Assembly (NCBI GenBank): GCA_030704615.1
Contig: CM060732.1
Span: 19,530,001-19,594,000 of the forward strand
Origin: Takakia lepidozioides
Taxonomy: Eukaryota > Plantae > Bryophyta
Length of the DNA stretch: 64,000 nt
Reading direction: 5' to 3'
Shown here in pieces: positions 13,701 to 25,346 of this stretch. Each line of letters opens with the position of its first letter. Position 1 is the first letter of the stretch. Under the pieces are notes generated by a model. That model did not search any database. It was not told where the DNA came from and worked only from the letters and a program-made list of their open reading frames with translations. Made by a program: the position numbers and the translations under genes.

Positions 13701-14867
13701 TGGATTACTAGAAAACCCGGATTACCCGAACCTGGCAAAGTTGTGAAGTGGGTGGGGTCCTCATTTTACATACCAATCTGTAAGTGTGGATAGAGGAGGG
13801 TCTGATCAGAGTTGTCGTGCAATGATGATGTCAGGGCAGTATTTGAAACTGCAATAGTGAGAGTGAGTGTGAGTGTTAACATGACTTTTTGTGGTCATTA
13901 ACATAGGGTAGTGTTGTGCTGGTGATTACTCTTCTGCATTAGCTGCATTTGTCACTCAGCTCTCTGTATTACTGCAGACATAGTGACTAGGTTAGTGGGC
14001 GCGGGGATACCAATATTGGTTGCATCCCAACAGTATGTCTGACAAACCTCTGTTCAATCACTGTTGTCACAGAATGGTATGTCGCTCGTCAGGTTGACCA
14101 TGCTAGCATACTGAGCTGGTACATGACAAATGCAGGCAAAGGAGCGAGGCCGAAGTCCATCGTTGCATGAAATCTAGGAAGGTTCAGTAAGCAGAACATT
14201 GACCAGCGAGCGGATGGTGAGATCCACGTGATCATTCTTTCTCCCATTTTTTGTCGATTATTTTGTTCTAGGCATTTTCCCTACCAACGGCATGATGTTC
14301 TCATGTTGTTCATGGACTTGCGTGGACCTGGCAGGAGGGGACCTCTGGGTATTCAGCAATTGCTCGCAAAGTGGAGGATATGGAAAGAGCACAGGGTGCA
14401 CAACACAAAGATATGATGGATTTGAAGGCTACAATATCGCATGTGATGATGTACCAGAAGGCCATGGCTGAGAAATTTGGGATCAGCATTTCCTCACCTG
14501 CCTTAGTGGGCTCATCCATAGCAAACAGCTCGTGCATCGCTGGCCCTTCAGCCTCAAGACGTCTGGAGGACAGGTTTGACTTGCCTGGCATGTCACCAGG
14601 TAACGTCACTCCCGTTGATGCATTCGAGGATGATGTGCAGGTGGAGCATGTTGGCCCAGGTGGAGGGGACGACACCCCTACCAAGGAACTTACGCGTCCT
14701 CGTGCAGTTCTGTCACACTGTGCGGTAGTGGAGGCGCATGCAGAACTCCGGCCTGCTGCTGTCGCGGTGGGGGCATCTGAGACAACCCTGGACATTGACC
14801 TTGTTTCCCGCGGGCAGATATTACCCAGCAACCCACGGTTGTCACTTCCACTCCCAACCTTCAATTA

Positions 14868-15524
14868 ATGTCGGAGAATGTCGTGCACACAATAGTGGAG
14901 AAGGGCAAGCATTTGCTCATCCTAGATATTAATGGATTGCTGTGTGAGTGCGTCCATGTCGGGAGCGGTAATGCGTTTGTGGTTCCAAATGGCCTTGAGC
15001 ACAAATTATGTGGTAGCAAGATGGTCGTTGTAAGGCCTGGTTGCAAAGCTTTTTTGGACAAGTGTTTCGAACACTTTGAAGTGGCAGCATGGTCTTGTAT
15101 GCAACCACGTAACTTCCTACCCACAGTGGACTGGCTTTTCCATGGGCACCGTGACCTTGCATTCAAGTGGGATGGGGGATATTGTGAGCAGTCCACTGAC
15201 ATGGATGGGAGCCTGCCCATGAAACCACGGTTTCTGAAGAACCTATCTACAGTGTGGCGGGACAACTGTGTCTGGAATCCTGAAACCACTCTTCTTGTTG
15301 ACGACACACCGCACAAGGGGTCAAAAAATCCAGCATACAGCGCCATTTTCCCACTGCCTTGGAGAAGTCGTTCTGTAGAGGCGCACAATGATAATTTCCT
15401 TCTGACCAGCTTATGGCCCTTCTTGGAGGGGGCAGCTAAGGCTCCGAGCATTCCAGAATATCTCAAAGGGCAACCCACATTTGGGCAACAAGCTATCAGC
15501 CCTCGAGCCATTCAGCCTCGCCAG
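14868..15524 (+). CDS. FCP1/SCP (NIF-family) HAD phosphatase-like domain within CACTA ORF2
   Basis: KHLLILDINGLL (HAD motif I variant DxNx), VVVRPGCKAFLDKCFEHFEVAAWS, FLKNLSTVW, TTLLVDDTPHK (motif IV DD). Confidence 0.8.
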
Positions 15525-17491
15525 GTAACATACTTTGTAGTGTGGTACACAGTGCCAGACATTAGAGGCATTTTTGTGTGACTCCCTTGTGCCATTGCCA
15601 GCCTCATTTGTGCTTAAGTTGTGGCAGTAAAACATGTTGTGATAGAGTTTGTCAAATTACTGTCGCAGTGTCAACTGTAGGCATTGACAGTTTGGGTGCA
15701 TCTTATTGTGTTAGTGTAATTTGAGTTCCCAGTGTAGATAATATACATTTTTGGTGCTTGTTGGTTGGTTGTAGGTGCTTGGCCACGAACGAGGCCCCCC
15801 AAATCAAAGGGCAGCACACCTTCACCCTTTGAGGAAGCCGACACCACTGATCCCTGATTCGCAGAATGGGGTAAGTGTATGCATCTGCTATTCTCCCCTT
15901 CCCGAACCTGGATAGACAAATTGTTATTAGCTCCTTGTAGACCTTGTAGACACAATACGTTCCACGATCCATGTTCCACAATTCTCATGCAATCTGCCAT
16001 GTTTGGGCTGGGATGGCAGTTCGTGGTGGGAGACCATGTCAAGCTCATAGACACTTGTTTCGCGATCAACAGCCGGATCTGGCCGCATTGCTGGTCTCCA
16101 AGGGATGGAGGTGAGTGAAGGGTACCCTGTTGTGCCAGAAGGCTATGTGGCCATCCACATTGATGATGTCCGCATTCCCAATGCCCCTCTACCATATCAC
16201 AACAAATCCATGAAGCCTCATCACACTGAGTTGGGAGACACTGTAGGTTACATTACTGTGTGGAGTGACAAACTAGTGAAGACCTTGCAGACAAAGAGAT
16301 GAGGCAGGTCGGCTAGCATCGTGGATTTCTTGGGGATTTCCACCTGTGCCTCATCCGGATTTGGCAACTACGGTAACTTATAGTAGTGACAGTTTCTCTG
16401 AATTGACTGTCCAATTTTGATAGCAATCACATGTTGGATTTTCTCATGCATGTTGTTGCAAACTTATGCCTCATTAATGAGCAATGTGGTGGTAGGTGGT
16501 ATGTCCCCATTGCACACACTATGGTTGGTTATGTTGTTGCTGTTCATATGTGGTTGATAATGGTGATGCTGGATGGTGATGTTGCTGCTATTGTGGTCTT
16601 TCAGAATTACGTCTGTGCCACTTTTGTGCCACTTTTGTGCCTAAAGTCTTGCTGTATACATGATTGTGATGTTGTATGGCACATGCACGTGGCACCCTAT
16701 TGGCTGCCTCTGTGGCATATCCACGTGTCCGTCTAGAGTCATAACCATGAGTACCGAACCCAATATGATACGTGTATGAGCATATTACATTCCGACACGT
16801 GACCCCCTAAGGTCCCCGCGCAGTTGGTCCTATGACTCCATATGCAGAACGTCCAGTCAAATGTATGTCTACGAAGCAGCACGTGAGGTTTAGAGGATCG
16901 TGCACGTGGCACCCCTGGGACTACAACGTCCTCATGGAATCCCCTGTTCATGGAATATACCGTACTGCGCCAGTCGTAGGTATGACTGGCAAGAATCCAC
17001 CACAGCTCTCGAAAGTCCAGCACGTGGGCACACACGAACGTGGCATATGGTGTCCCCAGATGCTGCCACGTGTTGACCCCAAATTTCCCCCCATGAAGAC
17101 ATACATGTGACTGCGAAGCCCCGTCCCCCACAGTGACACGTGGCAATGATATGTCGCACCACGCGTTTCTTCTATGACGCGACACGTGCTGTCGTTTAAT
17201 TCCCTCGTCCGCTGTCATAGCTGGCAGTGAGGGCTGGCGTCGCAGTCTGACACGTGGCATGTTCTGTAGCCACCACGTGTCTGTCTGACACCGCGGCTGA
17301 CATGGACTACACTGTCCGTCCAGTCATTCAGTAATGCCAGCGTGTATGACTACCCCCACAGCTGCTCAGGCGCCACGTGACAGCCAGCCTGGAGAGTCAT
17401 ATCTGCCATGTCACAACTGACTAGGTCTTTACGTCTTCAGAGTCAGGAAGTCGTAAATGGCTTCCATGACTGCATTTGCAGTCATAACACA

Positions 17492-17521
17492 GAGACGTAA
17501 AAGCCGCTTTTTGTTGTAGTG
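17492..17521 (-). repeat. CACTA right terminal inverted repeat
   Basis: Ends TTGTTGTAGTG, followed by the ACT TSD. Confidence 0.95.
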
Positions 17522-18036
17522 ACTGAATTTTGACATTTTTATTTTTTTTACTCCAACATAGCTCTTAAGCAACGCGAAAGCATTTTTTACTTAGTCGTTT
17601 GTACATGACTCCTGTTAAATGTTGCACATAATCTGATTCCAATACAATAAATATCAAACCAAGAGTCATACTTTGGTTTATAAGACAAGAAATTTGGACA
17701 AACGATGCTGACAAAATGCATGGAGAATGTATGTGATGAACAAGCCTCATTTTGCAGCAATTATTTGAGCCGTCGCATTAAAAGAATTTCATAAGATGGT
17801 TGTGTAGTTTTGTAAGCTCGATGATCATGACAATGATCAAGTCCTGCACATTGCAAGTCTTCATTGACATCACTTGAAGAATTGCTGCAAAGTGAAACTT
17901 GTTCCTCTAACATGAGAAGATTTAGGGAGAGACAATGATTGAACATTTTCAGGAGGGTCGACTACTCTTTGATATTAGGATTTTTGTATGTTGATTCCAA
18001 AACCATGATGAGACGGCTCATATCAGCCAGTGGAGA

Positions 18037-19790
18037 GTGCGTCCTGGTCGATACAGAGTACTTGGAGAGCCTCGGCGAAAGTCCCTTGGGTCATATGTGA
18101 CGCCCGGGACTGCTGCTTCGGTCGTTGAAGACAAGAAGGAGGTGGTGGTGAAAAAAGAACAGACGTCCTCCACTCCAATCAGTGAGCTTTCGGATTCGTC
18201 CGATGATGACATAAGTGAAATTCCAAATCCAGTCCTTCCTACTGTGGTTGGAGAAGCTAATGAAGAAGAGATTTGTAGTGTCATTCCAAAATTGCGGGCG
18301 ATGGGAGGAATGGCTGGATTCAAAAGTGAGTTGCGGGGAACTGATTGGGAATCTTTGAAGCAGGTGCCTGTGAAGTTCTTGCCGGAGACTTTTGATGGCG
18401 ATATCCTATTCGAGCTGCCTCCTCCTCCGCGAGTTGGAGGTGTAACAATCATGATGCATGGAATGGACAAAAAACACGACGGGCACCCGTGGTGCAGAAC
18501 AAAACATCCAATATTCAGAATGATGACAAGCTTGTTTTCAGGATGACAGTTTGCAATGGACACCTTAGGTGTGATAATTTGAATTGCAGACACTTTCTTC
18601 AGTTTGGGGTTCATAATCAAAGCGAATGGGAGGGTCTGGCGGAAAATCCATTTCAACCTGGGACTGCCCCTCCACCGGCAAACACTTTCGTCTGCAAACT
18701 CTGCAAACTTGTGCCATCCTGCTTGGCGCTCTGCGGAGCAAGAATGTACTATGTTGTCCACCGTTTGAAAACAATGACAAGAGCTGTGTGCATTTCGGAT
18801 TCCATAACCATCCTGTCTCGAAGGGGGATTACAGGGAGAGTGTTGAGACAGTATCGAGGTTGATTAAACAGGAGTTCGGGAGAACCCATCCGCAACAACA
18901 TCTGCAATTGCTCTTGGCGCAAGCAAGTCCTTCTTGGAAAGCCATATTTTGAGTGAAGGGGATTGTGTGGGGACTAAACTTGACGATGCAGCATTGGACC
19001 TGGTCATGGATCATTTCTCCACTTTAAGTTCACCTAACATTCGGCATCAGATCAATGCATTGAGAATGGGCTCTAGGATCAGAGGCTACATAGACAACAT
19101 TTTGGAATTGAAACGAGTGAGCAAGTTACGATTACATCCAGGACAATGTATTCCCAGGTCAAGGGCCATCAAAGTTTTTCTTTTCAAAATGTCGACTGTT
19201 GGGGAGGGCAAGTGGGGTTAGCCTCGTGAAGCGGATGCAGAAGACTGGGGACTTGCAGAACTGTTTTCTTATGTTTGATCATGTGAAACGAGTGAAGAAT
19301 TGGACAACAATGGCTTGTCATGTCTACGATCCAGTGTACCAACGAGTTATGACAATTGCAGTTTGTGACATGCAATCCGAGGATACGGAATCCCAGAAGC
19401 TCATGTGGAATTCCCTAATACGTGTCATGGGCTGCCATCTCCAAATTTCGCAGGTTTCATGGCGGATAGTGCTCAAGCAAATTTCAATGCTGTTCGTATT
19501 GTCTTTGGATCGGGCGACCCAAAAGTGCCTATGCCAGGAAGAGAGCGTACATGTCTATTCCATTGGACACAATCTCTGGAAAAACATACAAAGTCGGACA
19601 TCAAACCAGAGATGCAGACTCAGCACCGTAAATCGTGCAAAGAGTACAAAGATGCTAGAACAATGAAGGAGGCGGACACTTTGTTCCAGACAATTCGTGC
19701 CTGGTGGTTCTCTTCTGGAGCTGCATCACTTGAGAGTATGAGAGCATTGGAAGATTGGCTGGCGTTTTGGCACTTCCGGTATAGACAATC
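18037..19790 (+). pseudogene. MULE-like DDE transposase, 5' part, frameshifted (GCM/WRKY-like Zn domain + catalytic core)
   Basis: CNGHLRCDN.NC...CKLC...C.ALC.ARMYYV..HFGFHNHP, then MFDHVKRV.NWTTMACHVYD, FMADSAQANFNAVR, RTCLFHW (CxxH) and WLAFWHFRYRQ, spread over several frames. Confidence 0.7.
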
Positions 19791-21094
19791 AATCCATAAT
19801 AACTTATAGCACTTAGGATCATGGTCCGAAAGCTGAAATCCTCTTTATTCTGGACTTTGCAAACTCTTCTACGCTGTTACTCAAACTCTTGGTCTAGTGC
19901 ATGGTTGGCGTTTCAAAGTGGATGGTGATGGAAACACATCATCACCGGTCAGGGATTCCATGGATGAGGACACTATGTACCATTAGGCTATTATGTGTGA
20001 ATTAGATAAAACTAATCTGACACTTCCATTGGACATTCACTACTTATTTACATTGGACCGAAAGAGTGGTGAATGTCCAATGGTTCATTCGTCATGCATG
20101 CACTAATGCATGGCTAAATGTGCATTAGTGCATTTAGTGCATGGCATTCCATTGAAGTTATGGTTCCTCTCGCCCCCCCTAAATCTTCTTCCGTTTGATC
20201 CTACAGAATGACAGTGGATGTCTAAAAATTATGATCCATTCTTTGCTTACTCGGTGAAGCTGGGATACTCTTTGTTCAGACCTCCCTTATCTTTGGACCA
20301 TAATTAAGTGGAATGGTAAGTGGAGAAATATCATTTATACCCCACACTCTTGGAAACTGATTTGGAAAGATGTGTGTGGAGGAAGGGTCGATAAAAAATG
20401 AGCGAATTCATGTGAAAAATCGTGAATCAAATTCCACTTGTTGCCCATTTTCTTTCAAACATTCTTGATCCTTGCTCGTGCTGTTTTCTACAAGACAATT
20501 GAGTTTTGTCCTCTACATTGCATAGTACCTATATCTATGTGGCGTTTTCTGTCTACATTCTATGTTTTGTAGAGAAGTAATTTCTCCTTTCATTCTTCTG
20601 TTTTGCATCTCAATTATCAAAATAACAACATATGAAGTGTTTGCCCTGTGTGGACCACATTGCGTGCACATACCTCATGGAATATCTGGACAACCAGATG
20701 CTCTTGGGTCTTTGGTGTAGTGACATCTTGTGTAAGAGTACTCATGTATAAAGTTTACTCAGCCATAATATCTAAAGCTCGCAAGGCTTGACGTGTGTTA
20801 TGTGTGGAAAGAAAGATAGTGCACTTCTCGTTGGCTTTGACAACACTTGGGGCAAAGGTAGCTTTTTGTGCACCAGAACCCCTGATTCAACAATTTCTTG
20901 GAACACCCACTTCTCGGCATGTTGGGAGCTCAGTTAGTGCTTGGCTCTTTCCAGCGGATCATGGCGAGGAGTCCGGTATTAATTGGAGGCATAGACGTAG
21001 CTTTAGAAAAGAAAAAATCTAAAGCACAACTATGATCTTTGGAACCTTCCAAAATGAAAACGGTTCACTACAGGAACAAAAAAAGGGGGGGGGG

Positions 21095-21470
21095 GGGGTT
21101 TTCGACGCCGCGGCCACGCCACAGCATCGTAAAACAGCCCCTTTCGGGCAGGGGGGAAGAACCAACCGGGCGTCGCAAACCCCTCGCAAGGGCGTCGCAA
21201 ATTTGCGACCAATAGGGGTCGCAAAAATGCAAAACCGCGATTTGTGAAGCTGACGCGATTTGCGACTCCCGGGCGTCCAAAAAAAACAAAAAAACAAAAA
21301 AACACCTACTCTGCATTGCAGAATTAACACCGTCTGGGGGTCGCAAAGTGCGACGCCCGGACGTCGCAATTTAAGAGGACACATTGAACTTAGGTGGAAA
21401 ATTTGAATTTGAAATTTGAATTTCAAAAACTTATTGACCATTGACTCCGGCGTTGACCATTGATTCCGGT
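21095..21470. repeat. Cluster of GTCGCA/TGCGAC motifs, probable DNA-transposon subterminal region
   Basis: Several direct and inverted GTCGCAA / TGCGAC copies, followed by a TTGACCATTGA tandem repeat. The partner end was not found. Confidence 0.45.
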
Positions 21471-21606
21471 TCTGTCTAATGGCGATATGTTCATTATTCT
21501 ACATATATCATGCAATGCATACTTGAACCTAAGACCTCCAGTTATAACATTCTAAGACACTACAGACTAACCAACACACCTACGCTACATCTATGTATCA
21601 CAATAG

Positions 21607-21642
21607 TATATATATATATATATATATAATATATAGAGAGAG
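21607..21642. repeat. (TA)n/(GA)n microsatellite
   Basis: Read directly from the sequence. Confidence 0.9.
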
Positions 21643-22849
21643 ATTGGCTTCGCGTTGCTTCCGCACTACTAGCGACGAATTCTGAGAACTAGCATCAAAT
21701 TTCACAAAAAGGGCGGGGTCATCCACATGATGTTATATACACACATGTCGTGTTTCATTGTTTTGCGCACAAGAATGGAGGAGTGTTTGCCAAGCTACCA
21801 TGTCACGTCTCCTATTTCTTTGTTTGATGCAGCTACCTCTATCCATGCCCAAGAAGTGAAGGGGAGTTGAACCCCTTTCTCTGTATTTTGCCCATCATTT
21901 AACGTATGTTTCGTATTTTCATTAAGTGTTTCAGAACTGTACAACGAAAGGATCCAAATGAGACTTTGTTATGGCGAGGATCCGCGATCACTGTCCGGAA
22001 GTCGGTTGTTTATATCTTTTTCCTCGGTCATCATTTGTCTCTCATCATTTAATTTTATTGTCATGATCATCTTGATAAAAGATAATTGTCTTCATAACAA
22101 ATGATCATGTTGATAAAAAATAATTGTCATGACATTGATAATTGTTTTCAATGTTTTAAATAGTTTGGTCAAAGAGTTTACCAAACTTTGGTTTTAATTT
22201 AATCCGTATTTTATGCATAAATTTCAGTGATTTAAGCAATTTCTGGTCAAAAACCCCTGGCAAGATTAAGCAAGACTTGATAAATGCATCCCAGCTCAGT
22301 TACGATGTTGAGGGCGAGTTCATGTTTTATATTGATCTGCTCAAAACCTCCAAGTCCGCCATCCCACACTTCCTTAAGGTTTCTGGCATTCACCTTCCTT
22401 GCGTTCAGCTCTACGTTTCCAAGCTGTACCTCATGAAATTAAGTACCTGGAAGCTGTTTCTTAACAGTCCCTCCCATATTAATAGAGTGTCTGCTTCTTG
22501 TCAGACATCCAAAAGCATTGGTGAGCTATAGTTGTATCCTACAGCACATTACAGAAAAAACCAAGATTTAAATGAAGCTGTAAACAGCCAGGTTGAGCTC
22601 AGATGGCAGACAGATTTACAGCCATCGCTCAAATGATGTTGGTGATGCCAACTTGTCTATCTATAGTGGTTGTAACGTCTTGGATAAAAATTCTCTCTGT
22701 CCAAATTGTGTCTATTCTAAACCAGAAGTTTTCAAGATGAAAAAATGTCATTCCAAAGTTTCTCCCTCATCTTTGTTAGCTTTTTTTGGATACTTTCCTT
22801 CTACCACATCGGCAGTAACTTGTCAGTGCCGAGTATGATGAGAGGGCAA

Positions 22850-24510
22850 AACAGGCTAAAATACGTGATGCTGTTGCGCTTCACCCCTTCCCCCATCATT
22901 TGTTCATAGGTCTTCAAGGCCTCCATCCCGCGCCTCGCTGTGCATATCCTGCAAGCATTACGTTCCCCGACACCAATTTGTTCAGCCATATGTTTAACAT
23001 TCCTCCCTCCACATTTGCATACATGTCCACAAGGTATTGTTCAGAATCACCTCTGTACATTTCCATCTTTGACGATGCAACATGCACCTCTTGCCCTTTT
23101 CCAGGGCTGCCAGTCTTGCACACGCACTGCAAACGCACACAAACGTTATGTGGTCGGGCTTCCCCCCGTCTCCCATCACTTGCTCATAGGTCTCCAAGCT
23201 CCTCCGCGCCCCTGCTGTGCACATCCTGCAAGCATCCCGTTCCACATACACCGACATCTTGTTTCAGCCTAGAGTGTTGAACACTCCCTCCGCATCCTCA
23301 ACGCTCCCACATTTGGCATACATGTCCGAGGGTATTGTTTCAGAATCACATCTGGTACAATTCCAGCTTTGGTGATGCAAGCATGCACCTCTTTGACCTT
23401 TTCCCAGGCTGCCAGGCTTGTTCACGCACTGCAAACGCACACAACATGATGTGGTCGAGCTTCACCTTTTCTCCCATCATAAGGTCTCCAAAGCCCCATC
23501 CCGCGCCCCTGCTTTGCACACCCGACAAGCATTGCGTTCCACGCCACCACATCTGGTTCAGCCATAGTGTTGAACACTCCCTTGGCATCCTCAATGCTCC
23601 CACATTTGGCATACATGTCCACCAAGGTATTGTTCAGGATGACATCTGGTACAATTGCAGCTCTGACAATGTCACCATGGACTTCTTTGCCCTTTTCCAA
23701 GGCTGCTAGGCTTGCACATGCACTGCAAATGCACACAAACATGATGTGGTCGGGCTTCACCCCTTCCCCCATCATTTGCTCATAGGTCTCCAAAACCTCC
23801 ATCCCGCACTCCTGTTGTTCATACCCTGCAAGCATTGCACTCCACGACACACCACATCTCGTTCAGCCATACTGTCGAACACTCCCTTCATACATGTCCA
23901 CGAGGGTATTGTTCAGAATGACACTTGGTACAATTGCAGCTCTTACAATGTCGCCATGGACCTCTTTGCCCTTTTCCAGAGCTGCCAGGCTGGCACACGC
24001 ATCGCAAATGCACACAAACGTGATGTGGACGGGCTTCACCCCTTCCCCCATCATTTGATCATAGGTCTCCAAAGCCTTCATACCACATCCTTGCTGTGCA
24101 CACCCTGCAAGCGTCGTGTTCCATGACACCACATCTCGTTCAACCATAGTGTTGAAAACTCCCTTCGCATCCTTAATGCACCCACATTTGGCATACATGT
24201 CCACCGTGGCAGTGTTCAGAATGACATCTGGTCCAATTCCAGCTTTGACGATGTCACCATGGACCTCTTTTCCCGTTTCCAGAACTCCCAGGCTTGCAAA
24301 CGCATTGCAATCACAAACAAATGTGATGTGGTTGGGCTTCACCCCTTCGCGCAACATTTGCTCATAGGTCTCCAAAGCATGCCTACCACACCCATGCTTG
24401 GTAAATCTTGCCAACATTATCACGTGATCAAAGATCGTCGAGGCATTCTGTTGACACTTGGTGAGCATCCATGATGCTCCCGCACTTAACATACATGTTA
24501 ACAAGGGTGC
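22850..24510 (-). pseudogene. PLS-class PPR pseudogene fragment
   Basis: Repeated P-L-S triplets (DVVSWN.., EALETYEQMMGEGVKPDHITFVC.CSACASLAALEKGKEVH, NTLVDMYAKCGSIEDAKGVF) broken by many indels. Confidence 0.9.
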
Positions 24511-24569
24511 CTTTCAACAATATTCAGATGCAGATAGGAAAAATAACTTGTAATTGCCCGATGTGCAGG

Positions 24570-24925
24570 CGCCTGAGGACAATATTCATTTTCTTTTACA
24601 TTGTCCGGGATATTCTCACTAGAGAGTGACTCTTTTCAGGAACATCAAGAACAGTGTCCCTGCACCTATGTTCACCAACTTTGAAATTTTTCAGGCTGAG
24701 CCTGAAGCCGTGGCTGTGTTGGGGTCTAATTGCCGGGCAGTTGGTCACCAACATCAGGGTGATGCAGTGTGAAGGGCTCTCTAAGCTAATTGTATATACC
24801 ATGGTGAACCTCACTACCAGAGTGAGCCCTCACAAAGGAACTGTCTGTTCCCTTATTCTGCCGCACAGTCGGTGTGGGGTCTATGGCCACAAGTCTACAG
24901 CAAACAACATCTTACGAGTAATCTC
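24570..24925 (+). mobile_element. Old relic of the RTE/RTEX-like LINE 3' end
   Basis: GAGGACAATATTCATTTTCT...CATTGTCCGGG and a 3' UTR (GGGGTCTATGGCC...CTTACGAGTA) similar to 12295-12650. Confidence 0.6.
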
Positions 24926-25099
24926 TACATATGGTTATGAGGGCAGTGCACTAGCTTCCCAAACAGCTGGGTGTTTTGAGTGTCCACACCTCTGAGCCTG
25001 CATGACTGGGATACTCCTATTCATTTGTTATGATAATGGGCAGTGTTGGTTGGCCATTCCACCAAAGATGGGAGTTGGTCATGGTTGAGGTGCCTGATT

Positions 25100-25346
25100 T
25101 TTATCAGCTGTGCCGTTGCAGCTGCGGCCTTTAGTTGACCATCTACCCATGGAGGTTTCTGGTAGCTATTGATCCACTAGTTTCCTATGCTCAATTGCAT
25201 CTACTACTCTCTGTAATCCAACAGGCATTCACCTTTTGCCTCGGTTGTCCCACCATTGACTGGGGTCAGAAAACTAAAAACCACAGCTTCTCCTCGTCTC
25301 TGTTACCAGTTTCTGGATACTTTCCTGTCGTCACATTGGCAGTATC
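25100..25346 (-). pseudogene. OSB/PTAC9-type PDF-motif exon fragments (copy 3)
   Basis: KYPETGNRDEEKLW..(fs)..FSDPSQWWDNRGK and WINSYQKPPWVDGQL. Confidence 0.7.

Larger units (their letters stand above)
9958..16302 (+). pseudogene. CACTA ORF2/TnpA-like gene (Transposase_24-like + inserted NIF/FCP1 phosphatase domain + C-terminal Tnp1/En/Spm-like domain), disrupted
   Basis: Exons 9958-10122, 10902-11885, 14136-14216, 14335-15524, 15775-15870 and 16020-16302 have phase-0 GT-AG introns. HWDRLVSYW..KSALMKVANSSIKKPSKTGRGG is Transposase_24-like. VAIHIDDV.IPNAPLPY..LGDTVGYITVW is Tnp1/En/Spm-like. Lesions: TAG at 14175-14177 and frame breaks near 14868 and 16065. Confidence 0.75.
3137..17521. mobile_element. 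Full-length CACTA (En/Spm) DNA transposon, 14,385 bp
   Basis: Left end CACTACAACAGATTGCGGCTTTTATGACTC matches the reverse complement of the right end, CACTACAACAAAAAGCGGCTTTTACGTCTC. A 3-bp TSD (ACT) lies at 3134-3136 and 17522-17524. Subterminal ATGACT/AGTCAT motifs and internal TnpD and TnpA-like genes are present. Confidence 0.96.

Noticed and set aside
20098-20133. 13-bp perfect inverted repeat (ATGCACTAATGCA)
   Set aside because: Isolated, low-complexity TGCA-rich hairpin with no supporting context.
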